DNA from: an uncultured Verrucomicrobiae bacterium
GTDB lineage: Bacteria; Verrucomicrobiota; Verrucomicrobiia; Chthoniobacterales; JAFAMB01
NCBI GenBank assembly: GCA_963837955.1
Contig: CAWIPH010000002.1
Span: 448,001 to 512,000, forward strand
Direction of reading: 5' to 3'
DNA: 64,000 nucleotides
Both the position numbers and the translations under genes were made by a program. The notes under the pieces are model-generated. The model searched no databases. It was not told where the DNA came from and saw only the letters and a list, made by a program, of their open reading frames with translations. Numbering within the stretch: position 1 is the stretch's first letter; every line of letters starts with the position of its first letter. Positions 31,103 through 41,419 of the stretch are shown here, one piece after another.

Positions 31103-31199
31103 GGAATGCTTTGTCTGACAAAAGAAAGGGCAGATTGTTTGACGGGATCGACAGATTTATATTGCAGGGAACCACAATATAACAGTTTCGCTCCCGGCG

Positions 31200-32393
31200 C
31201 TAAACCAAGGCGGGCGAAATGATGCGCTCTACCGGCGGCTGGCAGATGCGCTCAATGCAGCGCTCCCAAGTTTCGTTTCCGCTGAGGATCTCGATTTCTA
31301 CCCGAAGATAATAGATCGGGAGCGGTAGCGGATCGATGACCGGAAGGCGAACCGCATCTTTTTCGGTAGTAATGACGGCGCTAACATCGCGCCGAATGCA
31401 ACGCTGGAGAAACGCGCTGACCTCAGGTACTCCGTAGCGATGATGATCCGCAAATTTCCGGGAAAGCTCAAGATTTGCCCCAAGGCGACGCAATCCACCC
31501 TCAAAGCTTTCTGGTGCGGCAATTCCGCAAAGTGAGCCAATATAGAGACCCTTCAGGTAATCCAGCGGAAGTTTCTCCTCTTTGTAAACATGACGAAGGT
31601 AGAGCGGCTTGTGTGCGCACTCGATAATTTCCGCCGTTCGATTGTACTTCCGGATCCGGCTGATGAGCGACGTATTCGACTCGCCATTGCATTTGGTGAT
31701 AAAAATGTAATTCGCGCGTCGAAGATTCATCGGCGGTTCCCGCAGTGTACCGCGGGGGAGAAGGTGCTCATTTCCGAAGGGAGCTTGGCGATCGACCAAT
31801 ACAATATCGATGCGGTGCTTCAGATGGAGATATTGCAATCCGTCATCGAGTAAGAGAGTATCTGCTTTCAGCTCTCGGATTGCATGTAATCCGCCCTTTA
31901 CCCGGTCCTTGTCGACAACCACCGCCACTCCCCGCAGATTGGAGGCCAGCATGTAGGGCTCATCCCCCGAGGTTGCCGAATCCAGAAGAATTCTTCTACC
32001 GTCAGAGACAACACGTGGTGGATTGTCGCGCCCGCGCCGCAGCAGTCGATCTAGCCAAGTACGTCTCTTTCGAGCGTCGACGCTCTTGTAGCCGCGACTC
32101 AAGATAGCAACCCTTCGCCCGCCTTTTTGTAGCGCCCGCGCAAATTTTTCAACGATTGGAGTCTTTCCCGTTCCTCCTACCGTCAGATTGCCGATGCTGA
32201 TCACCAGACAACCAAGTTGGTGTTCTTTGAGGACGCGACTCCGGTAAAGGTAGAGACGAAGCTGGACGAGGATCAGGTAGATCGAGGAGAGGAGCCGCAA
32301 CAGCAATCTGAGCAAGGTCGGCCGGAAGCCATGCCGGCGATCGAGAATGACCTCGATCGCATACTGTTCCAGTTCATCGAGCCACTCCCGCAT
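31200..32393 (-). CDS. lpxK: Tetraacyldisaccharide 4'-kinase
   Basis: [52 protein letters not shown]. Confidence 0.95.
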   Translation of the reverse strand: MREWLDELEQYAIEVILDRRHGFRPTLLRLLLRLLSSIYLILVQLRLYLYRSRVLKEHQLGCLVISIGNLTVGGTGKTPIVEKFARALQKGGRRVAILSRGYKSVDARKRRTWLDRLLRRGRDNPPRVVSDGRRILLDSATSGDEPYMLASNLRGVAVVVDKDRVKGGLHAIRELKADTLLLDDGLQYLHLKHRIDIVLVDRQAPFGNEHLLPRGTLREPPMNLRRANYIFITKCNGESNTSLISRIRKYNRTAEIIECAHKPLYLRHVYKEEKLPLDYLKGLYIGSLCGIAAPESFEGGLRRLGANLELSRKFADHHRYGVPEVSAFLQRCIRRDVSAVITTEKDAVRLPVIDPLPLPIYYLRVEIEILSGNETWERCIERICQPPVERIISPALV

Positions 32394-32398
32394 AATCG

Positions 32399-33247
32399 TC
32401 AGGAAATTTGCGCTCCGCTGTTATCTGCGCTGACTATCATCGTCGTCGACCGAATCTTGGGGGCAGCCGTAGACATCGCCTCAGCCACTTTGCTGGCGTT
32501 TCTGGAGGTGACGCAAGCGATGGTCGAACCAGATCCGCTCAAAAAACCGCCATAAGCTCCGGCTTCACGGCCAGCTTCCAGAACAGCGTTTAAGAAAGGG
32601 ACAAATCGCTCCCGGTACGGCTGATGGAGCTGATCAGCGAACGCGTTTCGTAGCATCTCATATTGCCGCGAAGCGAATGCCGCAGAAATTTGGCTGCTAT
32701 TCGCGAGATTAGAAACCACCGAAGAGCGCGAGTAGGTATCCGGTAGGACGGCTCGCGCATCGCTTGTGCGCACCTCGAAATCCGGAATAAGCAGAACGAA
32801 AGTCACCGTTGAATCGACGTCGAAACGATGGATTTGGTTGCCGGATTTGTTCACGACAACAAATCCACCGTAAAGTGCCGCAGCCGCATTATCCGGATGT
32901 CCCTCCAATTCAGCGCAAAGTTGAAAGATCTGATCGCGATTCAGCGGTGATCCCGCCAGGACGTTCAACCCGAGTAGCACCCCCAGTCTGACCGTGACGC
33001 TGCTTCCGAGTCCACGCGCAGAAGGCACATCGCCCGAGATCTTGGATCTGAACGCAAAGGCATCTAATTGAGCTGCGCTAAAAAAAACCTTTGCCGCCTC
33101 ACGGACGATTGGTGGATGAACACTCGGGTCCAAATCACTCTCGTGCTCAACATAAATCCAGTTGTGTAACTGGAGAGCCGCCCCCAAGCAATCGAACCCC
33201 GGACCAAAATTCGTGGTGGATGCTGGTATCTGAATCGTTACACCCAT
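32399..33247 (-). CDS. thrB: Homoserine kinase
   Basis: PASTTNFGPGFDCLG, PSARGLGSS, EGHPDN, SGSGST. Confidence 0.94.
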   Translation of the reverse strand: MGVTIQIPASTTNFGPGFDCLGAALQLHNWIYVEHESDLDPSVHPPIVREAAKVFFSAAQLDAFAFRSKISGDVPSARGLGSSVTVRLGVLLGLNVLAGSPLNRDQIFQLCAELEGHPDNAAAALYGGFVVVNKSGNQIHRFDVDSTVTFVLLIPDFEVRTSDARAVLPDTYSRSSVVSNLANSSQISAAFASRQYEMLRNAFADQLHQPYRERFVPFLNAVLEAGREAGAYGGFLSGSGSTIACVTSRNASKVAEAMSTAAPKIRSTTMIVSADNSGAQIS

Positions 33248-33447
33248 AAAGGCGAACCTCGAAGCTGAACCAGGGCGAGCCGTGGATCAACTGGGAATTC
33301 TGGGTGATTTTAGGCCAATATACTAACCAAGACCTCCGAAACTAAAACCGGGTATAGATTCTCGCGATACCGAGCGCCGGCGGAGGGATCCCGGCTTTCC
33401 GTTGACTTTCGGCCCGCATCGTTATTCTTCTTGGCCGATAACAGAAT

Positions 33448-34224
33448 ATGGAAGCTAGCCCGAATCTCGACAAACCGCTCCGCACTTCAGATCGAACGGG
33501 AGAGGGGCTTCGGGAATGGCGAGTATCTGCCGGTATCGCTCCAAACGCCGATGGGTCGATCCTAATCGCAACTGGCAAAACCCAGGTTATCTGCGCTGTT
33601 TCGATCGAGAACGCGGTGCCGCGCTGGATGAAGGATCAGCATGTTTCTGGCGGCTGGATTACCGCAGAGTATTCGATGCTGCCCTATAGCACGTTGACCC
33701 GACGTCCCCGAGACGTTAGCAAAGGCAAACTCGATGGGCGCAGCGTCGAGATTCAACGGCTGATTGGTCGGGCGTTAAGGGCATCAATTGATCTGGAGCG
33801 CCTCGGAGAGCGAACGCTCTGGGTTGATTGCGACGTTTTGCAGGCTGACGGTGGCACGCGTACCGCTGCGATCACGGGAGCCTCCATGGCGCTGACTCTC
33901 GCCTGCGCGAAGCTGATCGAAAGCAAAACATTGAATGAATGGCCCATTCGCTGCTTAATCGGGGCCGTGAGCGCAGGAGTCGTAGATGGGCACGTCCTGG
34001 TCGATTTGGACTATGAAGAGGACCGGCGCGCGTCGGTCGATCTCAATTTGGTGATGAATAGTCGTGGAGAGTTCATCGAGATCCAGGGAGCTGGTGAGGA
34101 AGCGACGTTTTCAGGTAACGATCTTTCGGAGATGCTTAGGTTCACCACATCGGCAATTTCCGAGATCATCAATCGGCAGCGGGCATTTCTGCAAAAAACG
34201 ATCCCGAACTTACCGGAGTTGTGA
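33448..34224 (+). CDS. rph: Ribonuclease PH
   Basis: GWITAEYSMLP, GRSVEIQRLIGR, DVLQADGGTRTAAITG. Confidence 0.95.
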   Translation: MEASPNLDKPLRTSDRTGEGLREWRVSAGIAPNADGSILIATGKTQVICAVSIENAVPRWMKDQHVSGGWITAEYSMLPYSTLTRRPRDVSKGKLDGRSVEIQRLIGRALRASIDLERLGERTLWVDCDVLQADGGTRTAAITGASMALTLACAKLIESKTLNEWPIRCLIGAVSAGVVDGHVLVDLDYEEDRRASVDLNLVMNSRGEFIEIQGAGEEATFSGNDLSEMLRFTTSAISEIINRQRAFLQKTIPNLPEL

Positions 34225-34230
34225 ATTTCA

Positions 34231-35268
34231 ATGAAAAGAGCACTAATCACCGGCATTACCGGGCAAGATGGATCTTATTTAGCTGATCTCCTGCTAGCGA
34301 AAGGCTACGAGGTTCACGGAATCATTCGGCGAGCGAGTACATTTAACACTTCGCGAATCGATCACCTATACCAAGATCCCCACGTTCACGGCGTGCGCCT
34401 TTTCCTACACTACGGAGACTTGGCCGATTCCGTGCATTTGGTAAAACTGCTTTACTCCCTGAAGCCGGACGAAATTTATCATCTCGGGGCTCAAAGCCAT
34501 GTCCGCGTCAGTTTTGACATTCCGGAGTACACGGCAGACGTGACCGGTGTGGGAACTATTCGAATCCTGGAGGCAATCCGGGAGGCGGGAGTTAAGACCC
34601 GGTTTTATCAGGCATCGAGTAGCGAAATGTACGGAAAGGTTCAAGCGGTACCGCAGGTCGAGACGACTCCATTTTGGCCGCGCAGTCCTTACGGGGTTGC
34701 TAAGGTCTTTTCCTACTGGGCAACGGTGAACTACCGGGAGAGTTACGCGCTCCACGCCAGCAACGGAATATTGTTCAACCATGAAAGTCCTCGACGAGGT
34801 GAAACCTTCGTGACTCGTAAAATTTCCCGGGCAGTCGCCCGCATTAAACACGGATTAGACTCGGCTCTGTACCTGGGCAATCTCGACGCTCGGCGGGATT
34901 GGGGTTACGCCCCCGAATACGTGGAGGGGATGTGGTTGATGTTGCAACAGGACAAGCCCGATGACTATGTATTGGCCACCAACGAAACTCATACGGTGAG
35001 AGAGTTCGTGGAGCACGCGTTCGCGCACGCAGATCTGGACTGGAAAGAATACGTCAAGCGTGATCAACGCTACGAGCGCCCGGCGGAGGTAGACTTGCTA
35101 ATCGGGGATCCGGCGAAAGCGAAGAAACAGCTCAATTGGGAGCCGAAGGTCCGCTTTGAGGAACTCGTCAAGATGATGGTGGATGCTGATCTGGAGCAGG
35201 TTCGAAGAGGTATCGAAGGGTCTGGAGCCGCGACAAAGCGCCCTGAGTCGGTGATCAGTAATCCGTGA
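34231..35268 (+). CDS. gmd: GDP-mannose 4,6-dehydratase
   Basis: [47 protein letters not shown]. Confidence 0.97.
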   Translation: MKRALITGITGQDGSYLADLLLAKGYEVHGIIRRASTFNTSRIDHLYQDPHVHGVRLFLHYGDLADSVHLVKLLYSLKPDEIYHLGAQSHVRVSFDIPEYTADVTGVGTIRILEAIREAGVKTRFYQASSSEMYGKVQAVPQVETTPFWPRSPYGVAKVFSYWATVNYRESYALHASNGILFNHESPRRGETFVTRKISRAVARIKHGLDSALYLGNLDARRDWGYAPEYVEGMWLMLQQDKPDDYVLATNETHTVREFVEHAFAHADLDWKEYVKRDQRYERPAEVDLLIGDPAKAKKQLNWEPKVRFEELVKMMVDADLEQVRRGIEGSGAATKRPESVISNP

Positions 35269-35368
35269 TTTGTGATCGGTGATTCGCGATCAGTAATCAG
35301 TAATCAGTAATCAGTAATCAGTAATCAGTAATCAGATGATCAGATGATCAGATGATCGCTGATCGGTA
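35251..35368 (+). repeat. Heptamer/octamer tandem array
   Basis: 6 perfect ATCAGTA (35289-35330), then 3 ATCAGATG (35331-35354), with degenerate copies on both sides extending into the gmd 3' end. Confidence 0.9.
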
Positions 35369-35442
35369 AATACCCGCGCCCAGAGCGCCGACTTGTCCAC
35401 CGAAGCATTCGTTGCATTGACCAATGGTGCGGAAGCTTTGCG

Positions 35443-35675
35443 AAGGCGGTTCAAGCGCCGAAGGCGCGATTCAAGATAGCCTAGAGGGCGAAGCCCATGG
35501 GCGAAGCCCTAGGAAATCGAGTCCCCACAAGCATTCACGCGCTAAAGGTGTGTCTCGACGTAACCCTGATCTTACATTGTCGCGCTCTTTCGGCGCTGAC
35601 CTTTTCTGATGATCTCATTCCTAAGGCTACGCTAGGGGCTATCTTGAATCGCGCCTTCGGCGCTTGAACCGCCTT
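35443..35675. repeat. 233-bp non-coding element with perfect 39-bp terminal inverted repeats (MITE/REPIN-like)
   Basis: AAGGCGGTTCAAGCGCCGAAGGCGCGATTCAAGATAGCC (35443-35481) and its exact reverse complement (35637-35675). Confidence 0.85.
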
Positions 35676-35723
35676 TATCAGTGGTAATCACCGATCATCT
35701 GCTTACTGATCACTGCTTACTGA

Positions 35724-36692
35724 TCACGAAACCCCCACAGCCAAACACCGCGTCAAGTGCTCTCGCAGCCTATTTTCATCCAGCTGCTTGCCGATGAACA
35801 CCAACTGACTGAACCGAGTTTCACCCTTTTCCCATAGCCGGTCCCAATAGACCGTAAACCGATTGTTCACACCGTGAAAAACGGCTCGGCGCGGTGTGCC
35901 GTGAACCCAGAGAATTCCCTTCGAGCGATAGACCTTGCTATCCTCGCAGACTGCTTGCAGCTCGGTATCGAATTTGTCCAGATCAAACGCCTCATCGAAT
36001 CGAAATGAAAACGATTCGACGTCGCCGTGGTTGCTCCCGTTGAGTTCGTTTAGAAATTCCGGATTCACCAATAGTTTCCGGTCCAGGTCAAAGGTGTTTA
36101 CGTCCAGAACCTCGTCGAGGTTGACTCTCGAATGCGATGTCCGGAACACCCGTGCGTGTGGATTAAGGCTGGCGATTTCGTTTTCAACCTTTTGCAGAGA
36201 AGCCTCATCGACCAGATCTGTTTTGTTGACCAAAAGAAAATCAGCTAGCGCGATCTGTTCTCGCGCGACGTCGTTCTCCTGTAGTTGGTCGAGAAGATTT
36301 TCTGCATCCACCAGAGTGATGATGGAATCGAGTCGTGCATATTGCTGGAGTTGCGGAACGTTGAGAAACGTTTGGGCCACTGGGCCAGGGTCAGCAACGC
36401 CTGTGGTTTCGATCAAAATGTAATCCAAATCCTCTTTTTTTAGGAGCTTCTGGATTCCTTTTACTAAATCTTTCCGGACAGTGCAGCAGATACATCCGTT
36501 GCTCATTTCGACGACGTCTTCGCTCTGAGTCTCGACGAGTTGTCCGTCAATTCCGATTTCGCCGACTTCGTTGATCAATACCCCGAACTTGTATTTCGAT
36601 TGCTCGCGAAGAATGTGGTTGAGAAGAGTCGTTTTGCCGGCCCCGAGAAATCCGGTGAGGACGCTGACTGGAATGATCTTTCGTTGACCCAT
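35724..36692 (-). CDS. COG0523/CobW-family metallochaperone GTPase
   Basis: LTGFLGAGKTT, NEVGEIGIDG, NGCICC, IETTGVADP, NKTD, RSKG, LVFIG. Confidence 0.92.
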   Translation of the reverse strand: MGQRKIIPVSVLTGFLGAGKTTLLNHILREQSKYKFGVLINEVGEIGIDGQLVETQSEDVVEMSNGCICCTVRKDLVKGIQKLLKKEDLDYILIETTGVADPGPVAQTFLNVPQLQQYARLDSIITLVDAENLLDQLQENDVAREQIALADFLLVNKTDLVDEASLQKVENEIASLNPHARVFRTSHSRVNLDEVLDVNTFDLDRKLLVNPEFLNELNGSNHGDVESFSFRFDEAFDLDKFDTELQAVCEDSKVYRSKGILWVHGTPRRAVFHGVNNRFTVYWDRLWEKGETRFSQLVFIGKQLDENRLREHLTRCLAVGVS

Positions 36693-36750
36693 AAAGAAAA
36701 AAGCGCTCCGGCCCTCGCCGGATCGCCTTCAAAGTAACGAAAATCAGAAG

Positions 36751-37014
36751 CTAGACTAGTCCAGCTTGTTTTAGAGTCCGGTAAACCCCGTTCTTCGCGA
36801 GCGTCTTCAACGCGCGCGCACTCAATTTAACGGTCACGTACCGGTTTAGCTCGGGCACCCAAAGGCGGCGAGTTTTCAAGTTTGGCAGGAAGAGCCGAGG
36901 CGTGTTTGCCGTAACATGTTGGCCGACCCCACCTTTTTTCTTAGCCATACCACGCCGATGAATAACATGGCCTCTGGTCGGCTTGGCTCCAGTGATGCTG
37001 CAGACTCTTGACAT
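36751..37014 (-). CDS. rpmB: 50S ribosomal protein L28
   Basis: MSRVCSITG...FLPNL...KLSARALKT; start re-picked at 37014. Confidence 0.92.
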   Translation of the reverse strand: MSRVCSITGAKPTRGHVIHRRGMAKKKGGVGQHVTANTPRLFLPNLKTRRLWVPELNRYVTVKLSARALKTLAKNGVYRTLKQAGLV

Positions 37015-37285
37015 AATTTGCCCTTCGAAAAGAGCCGGGAACATGGGACAGGCCAGCGCATTGGTCAAGGGGAAAAGGGTCTAGCCCGACGGTTTCAGAT
37101 TGACCCCGCCGGGAGTTGCCCGACCGATTTTTCAGCCGAGCAACCTCACTTGCCACAATACCTCAGGGTTGGGTGGTAACTAAATTGCTGAAGTCCAGTT
37201 TGGTCTGCGGCGTTATTATCACAGGACTCAGAGGCGTTTGATTTTCGATTTAACAAAACTGTAATCGAAACCTTCAGAACCCCGG

Positions 37286-38515
37286 CTAAAGCGTAGCCAA
37301 CGCGTCGAGCGTTCGATCGACTTCATCGACCGTATGATAATGAGTAAAACCTAAGCGGAGTACTCCGCCCGAGTCGGCGCACCCCAGCCGCTCAATGAGA
37401 TCGACCGCATAAAAATTTCCGCTCCAGGCGAAGATCCCGCGATGAGCTAGCTTCTCGGCGGCTTCATCCGGATGAAGCCCTTCCAGCCGGATTGCGAAAG
37501 TGGGCGTTCGGCGACTGACCTCGGTCCGATTGCTTAGGCCAAAAACCGCTGCTCGCTTTACGTCGTGTAAGCCGTCCAGAAAACGTACTGATAAATGACT
37601 CTCATATTCCCGAATTGCATCCATCGCTCCGCCGATTCCCGAACTCCCGTTCGCCTTATACCCGGTTTCCTGAAGATAATCTAAAGCGCCCAAAGTTCCG
37701 GCGATGCTCTCGAAACTTTGGGTTCCGGTTTCCCATTTGTCTGGAGGCGAGGCGGGTGAAGGGCGAACTTTGTAAGCTTCCAATTCATCCAGCCAACGAT
37801 ATCTCCCCCAAAGTACACCGATATGCGGTCCAAAAAATTTATAGGCTGAACAAACAAGAAAATCACATCCCAGCGCTTGCACGTCGATCCGAGCATGTGG
37901 CGCGAAATGGACTGCATCGACAAACACCTTCGCACCAGACCCTCGGGCCAGCTCAACGACACTAGCGACATCCACATGCGAACCGACCGCATTGGATGCT
38001 AGCGTCACTGCGATCAGGCAAGTCTTCTCGGAAAGCAAGGGACGCAGATCTTCGATTTGCAGGGTACAGTCTTCCACCCGCGGGTTCCATGTTCTCACCG
38101 TGCATCCCCGATCCGCGGCAGCCATTTTCCAAGGAGATATATTGGCGTCATGGTCTAGTGACGTAACAATGATTTCAGAGCCTGGGGCCCAAGTTCTTCC
38201 AAGTGCGCGGCTCAACGCGAATGTCAGACTGGTCATGTTCTGCCCGAAAACAATCTCTTCCGCCCGACCTGCGTGGAAAAACTTGGCGAGTGCAGTTCGG
38301 GTTTGGTGAACCATTTCCGCAGTCTTCTTGCTGGTAACAAATCGTCCGCCCAGGTTGCTATTATTTTTGAGGTAGTAATCGCGGACCGCTCGAGTGACAG
38401 CGTTGGGAACCTGCGTCCCGCCGGGTGCATCTAAAAAGATGGCCGTGCGCCCGCCAACAGAAAGCTGCAATGAAGGGAATTGGCTCCGTACCCAATCAGT
38501 AGGAAAAGCATGCAT
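37286..38515 (-). CDS. Cysteine desulfurase-like class V PLP enzyme
   Basis: LDAPGGTQVP, LDHDANISPW, DAVHFAPH, CSAYKFFGPH, ETGT. Confidence 0.88.
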   Translation of the reverse strand: MHAFPTDWVRSQFPSLQLSVGGRTAIFLDAPGGTQVPNAVTRAVRDYYLKNNSNLGGRFVTSKKTAEMVHQTRTALAKFFHAGRAEEIVFGQNMTSLTFALSRALGRTWAPGSEIIVTSLDHDANISPWKMAAADRGCTVRTWNPRVEDCTLQIEDLRPLLSEKTCLIAVTLASNAVGSHVDVASVVELARGSGAKVFVDAVHFAPHARIDVQALGCDFLVCSAYKFFGPHIGVLWGRYRWLDELEAYKVRPSPASPPDKWETGTQSFESIAGTLGALDYLQETGYKANGSSGIGGAMDAIREYESHLSVRFLDGLHDVKRAAVFGLSNRTEVSRRTPTFAIRLEGLHPDEAAEKLAHRGIFAWSGNFYAVDLIERLGCADSGGVLRLGFTHYHTVDEVDRTLDALATL

Positions 38516-38812
38516 TAGCTGATCCTTGGAATATGCCTACTCTGCGATTAGCCTTGTTTTGGGCCAGCGGCGTCGCCAGAGCAAACGAGTGTAGGGATCG
38601 ATCGTTGCTGAGAAAGATTTGGATCTAGATCAGGCGGATCGTCGATCCGAATTGTCAGCCTCGGCTTCCCGGTCCCGGAGTGGAGCCCCCAAGGACCCAA
38701 GAGGACCGTCTACGTAAAGGTTCAGATGATGTCGGATTTTGTCATCCTTAGTCAGATGGAGGGACATGGTGAGAAGGCTAGTCCCGTCGGAAGTTGAAGC
38801 AAGCTGTTTTGA

Positions 38813-38880
38813 CGTAGCCTGATGCTCCGCCTCAGGAGATTGGAGTGCCTTGGATTCCTGAGACGGAGCGTCAGGCTACG
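38813..38880. repeat. REP doublet (REPIN), GTAGCCTGA family
   Basis: CGTAGCCTGATGCTCCGCCTCAGGA ... TCCTGAGACGGAGCGTCAGGCTACG, inverted pair. Confidence 0.8.
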
Positions 38881-38938
38881 CTTACTCGGCGAAATTGTCT
38901 GATGTTGAATGTCAGGAGTGCGAAGGCCCTTTTGGGGA

Positions 38939-39403
38939 TTATTTTTGCAACGCTTCGGACACAGCGGGAACTAAAGAACGAGGTCCGTCCGCTCCGCCCA
39001 GTTTGCGATCGATATCTTCCAAACGTCGGATGAGATCCAGCACTTCGCGGCGATGATAAGGACCGCCTGCAGCTGCGCAAAAGTGGGTGCGGCAGGCGAA
39101 TGGACGTGCCGAGTAGATCCGGCAGCGCCAATCGCTGGGGCTCAAGAAAGGGCATCGACCGTCCGAATCGGAGGATTCTTCCAGAGTCGTGCGGCCCGTG
39201 GCTCGCCACGCGCGCGCGGCCAAAAGTGCTTCGCCACGGGTGACATACGGAACCTCACCGGTAAGCTTAAATCGGCAACAATTGGTTCTCATTTCACAGG
39301 AACGTTCGATCGGCCGTTCCGCGAGCTCTTGGTAAACCGCTTCCACTTCCCGAAGTAGCGCCGGTTCGTCAGCGGCGGTGGAAAGAGCTTGGCGTCTTTT
39401 CAT
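38939..39403 (-). CDS. YkgJ-family cysteine-cluster protein
   Basis: SCEMRTNCC, RCPFL, CRIYSARPFACRTHFC; start re-picked at MKRRQ. Confidence 0.8.
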   Translation of the reverse strand: MKRRQALSTAADEPALLREVEAVYQELAERPIERSCEMRTNCCRFKLTGEVPYVTRGEALLAARAWRATGRTTLEESSDSDGRCPFLSPSDWRCRIYSARPFACRTHFCAAAGGPYHRREVLDLIRRLEDIDRKLGGADGPRSLVPAVSEALQK

Positions 39404-39473
39404 TGTTCGATGTTCCAAGATGATACCCGATTTTTGCCAGGAAGTCTCTTCGATCCGAGTTGGCCCATGGCAG

Positions 39474-39518
39474 CCTAAGACACTAAGTCGCATAAGACTC
39501 ATAAGACCTATGGGTCCC
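39474..39518 (+). repeat. Degenerate 9-bp tandem array
   Basis: ctaagacac/taagtcgca/taagactca/taagaccta/tgggtccc periodicity. Confidence 0.55.
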
Positions 39519-39674
39519 GTGACGCGGAAGCGTTCCCGCGCGAACCGATCCGCCTGCCACGGATTCGACGGCGACGACTCTGGCCGAGCGCGCGCCTGCA
39601 ATCGATTCCTCCAATGCACCACTCATTTTCTTCAATTAACGGTTGAGGCCGAGGAGCCATTAGGATTCGGCACG

Positions 39675-40067
39675 ATGAGTTTGTTACCTTATGACAGCCT
39701 CTACTTAGGCTGGGTCGGGATGGTCTTAGGAATTCTATCTGGGGCTTTCATCGGGCTTTTCTTTCACCAAGAAAATTGGCTGGGCGGATATAACAGTTTT
39801 CCCCGGCGATTGGTCCGCCTTGGACATATTTCTTTCTTTGGACTCGGTATCTTGAGTGTCCTGTTGGGTATAACAGTTCGCCAACTACCATTTGGCGAGG
39901 AAACAACCCAATTGGTCGGTCGCTGTTTTTTTGTTGGCCAGCTCACGATGCCGATTTGCTGTTTCCTCACCGCTTGGCGCTCCTGGATTCGCCATCTCTT
40001 TCCAGTGCCCGTTCTTAGTCTGGGCTCCGCCGTAGTCATTCTTCTTTGGCATTGGCCACACTTATGA
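39675..40067 (+). CDS. Small integral membrane protein of unknown function (about 4 TM)
   Basis: Hydrophobic helices, LGGYNSFPRRLVRLGHISFFGLG segment; stop overlaps the next start (ATGA). Confidence 0.75.
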   Translation: MSLLPYDSLYLGWVGMVLGILSGAFIGLFFHQENWLGGYNSFPRRLVRLGHISFFGLGILSVLLGITVRQLPFGEETTQLVGRCFFVGQLTMPICCFLTAWRSWIRHLFPVPVLSLGSAVVILLWHWPHL

Positions 40068-41419
40068 AAACACTTGGTCTTATCGCGATGAGCGGAGTTC
40101 GGGTTGTTAACCCAGAGCTCATCAATTTAGGTTTAACGCTTCCCGGATTTGTCGACCGCGGAAAGGTGATCGCGTCATTGCCGACTCTCGGCCTGCTCAC
40201 GCTGGCAGGGTTAACACCCGAGTCATGGGACGTTTCTTACCATGACGTTTTCGATATTACCAAACTGGAAAAACTCCCGGGACCCTTCGATCTGGTAGCC
40301 ATCTCCAGTTTGGCAGCTCAGGTGCAAGAAGCCTACGAGCTGGCTGATCGGTACCGGGCTCTAGGTTGTTGTGTCATTCTCGGTGGCTTGCACGTGTCTG
40401 CTCAGCCACAGGAAGCGCTGCAGCACGCAGATGCAATTGTGATCGGAGAAGCCGAGCCGGTCTGGACGAAATTACTCGCGGATCTGCAGTCTGGTCAGTT
40501 GCAACGCGTCTACCAAAATAAAGAAGGGCAATTTAACTTGGCGAATTCGCCAATGCCCAGGTTTGATCTCCTAAATCCTGCCCACTACAACAGAATCACG
40601 GTTCAAACTCAGCGCGGATGTCCGTTCAAATGTGAGTTTTGTGCCGCCTCGATTCGAATTGCACCGCGTTACCGAATAAAGCCTACTGATCGTGTCGTAG
40701 CGGAAATTCACGAAATCAAAAAGATTTGGCGGCATCCTTTTATCGAGTTGGCTGATGACAACTCGTTTGCCAATCGCGCCCGAAGCAAGAGCCTGGTGCG
40801 AGCGTTGGCAGCGGAAAACATTCACTGGTTTACCGAGACCGATATTTCGGTTGCTGACGATCCTGAGCTGCTGCGGCTTCTCCGCGAGAGTGGTTGCTCG
40901 CAAATCTTAATCGGGCTCGAAAGCCCGGTGATCGCTGGAATGAACGGAGTGGAGCAGAAGGCCAATTGGAAGGCTCGACAAGTCAACGGCTACAAGGAAG
41001 CGATCCGCCGAATCCAGGATCAAGGAGTCACGGTCAATGGTTGTTTTATTCTCGGGTTAGATGGCTCCGGGCCGGAGACGTTTGAAGCGGTCTGGAACTT
41101 TATCCAGGAAGTCGAATTATTCGAAGTGCAGCTTACAGTCCTGACCCCATTTGCGGGAACTCCGCTCTACCAACGCTTGGAGCGGGACGGACGTTTACTT
41201 TACCCGGGACAATGGAATCGCTGCACCCTCTTTGACGTAAACTTTCGCCCTGATCGGATGTCAGTGGAAACGTTGGAAGCCGGACTGCGCGAACTGATGG
41301 GTAGGGTTTACAATAAGGAATTTACTGAGTGGCGACGAAACCGGTTTTTTCATCGACTCCGCCAAAGCCGTAAACGCCAGCGTCTTGACATGTCTTTACA
41401 GCAACCTAAGGCTGCGTGA
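40064..41419 (+). CDS. Cobalamin-binding-domain radical SAM protein
   Basis: N-terminal B12-binding-like region (LGGLHVS...ADAIVIGEAE), RGCPFKCEFC, DDNS, IGLES, FILGLD, LTPFAGTPLY. Confidence 0.9.
   Translation: MKTLGLIAMSGVRVVNPELINLGLTLPGFVDRGKVIASLPTLGLLTLAGLTPESWDVSYHDVFDITKLEKLPGPFDLVAISSLAAQVQEAYELADRYRALGCCVILGGLHVSAQPQEALQHADAIVIGEAEPVWTKLLADLQSGQLQRVYQNKEGQFNLANSPMPRFDLLNPAHYNRITVQTQRGCPFKCEFCAASIRIAPRYRIKPTDRVVAEIHEIKKIWRHPFIELADDNSFANRARSKSLVRALAAENIHWFTETDISVADDPELLRLLRESGCSQILIGLESPVIAGMNGVEQKANWKARQVNGYKEAIRRIQDQGVTVNGCFILGLDGSGPETFEAVWNFIQEVELFEVQLTVLTPFAGTPLYQRLERDGRLLYPGQWNRCTLFDVNFRPDRMSVETLEAGLRELMGRVYNKEFTEWRRNRFFHRLRQSRKRQRLDMSLQQPKAA

Noticed and set aside
38626..38767. 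Short minus-strand ORF (MSLHLTKDDK...)
   Set aside because: About 44 aa, no motif and no clear RBS
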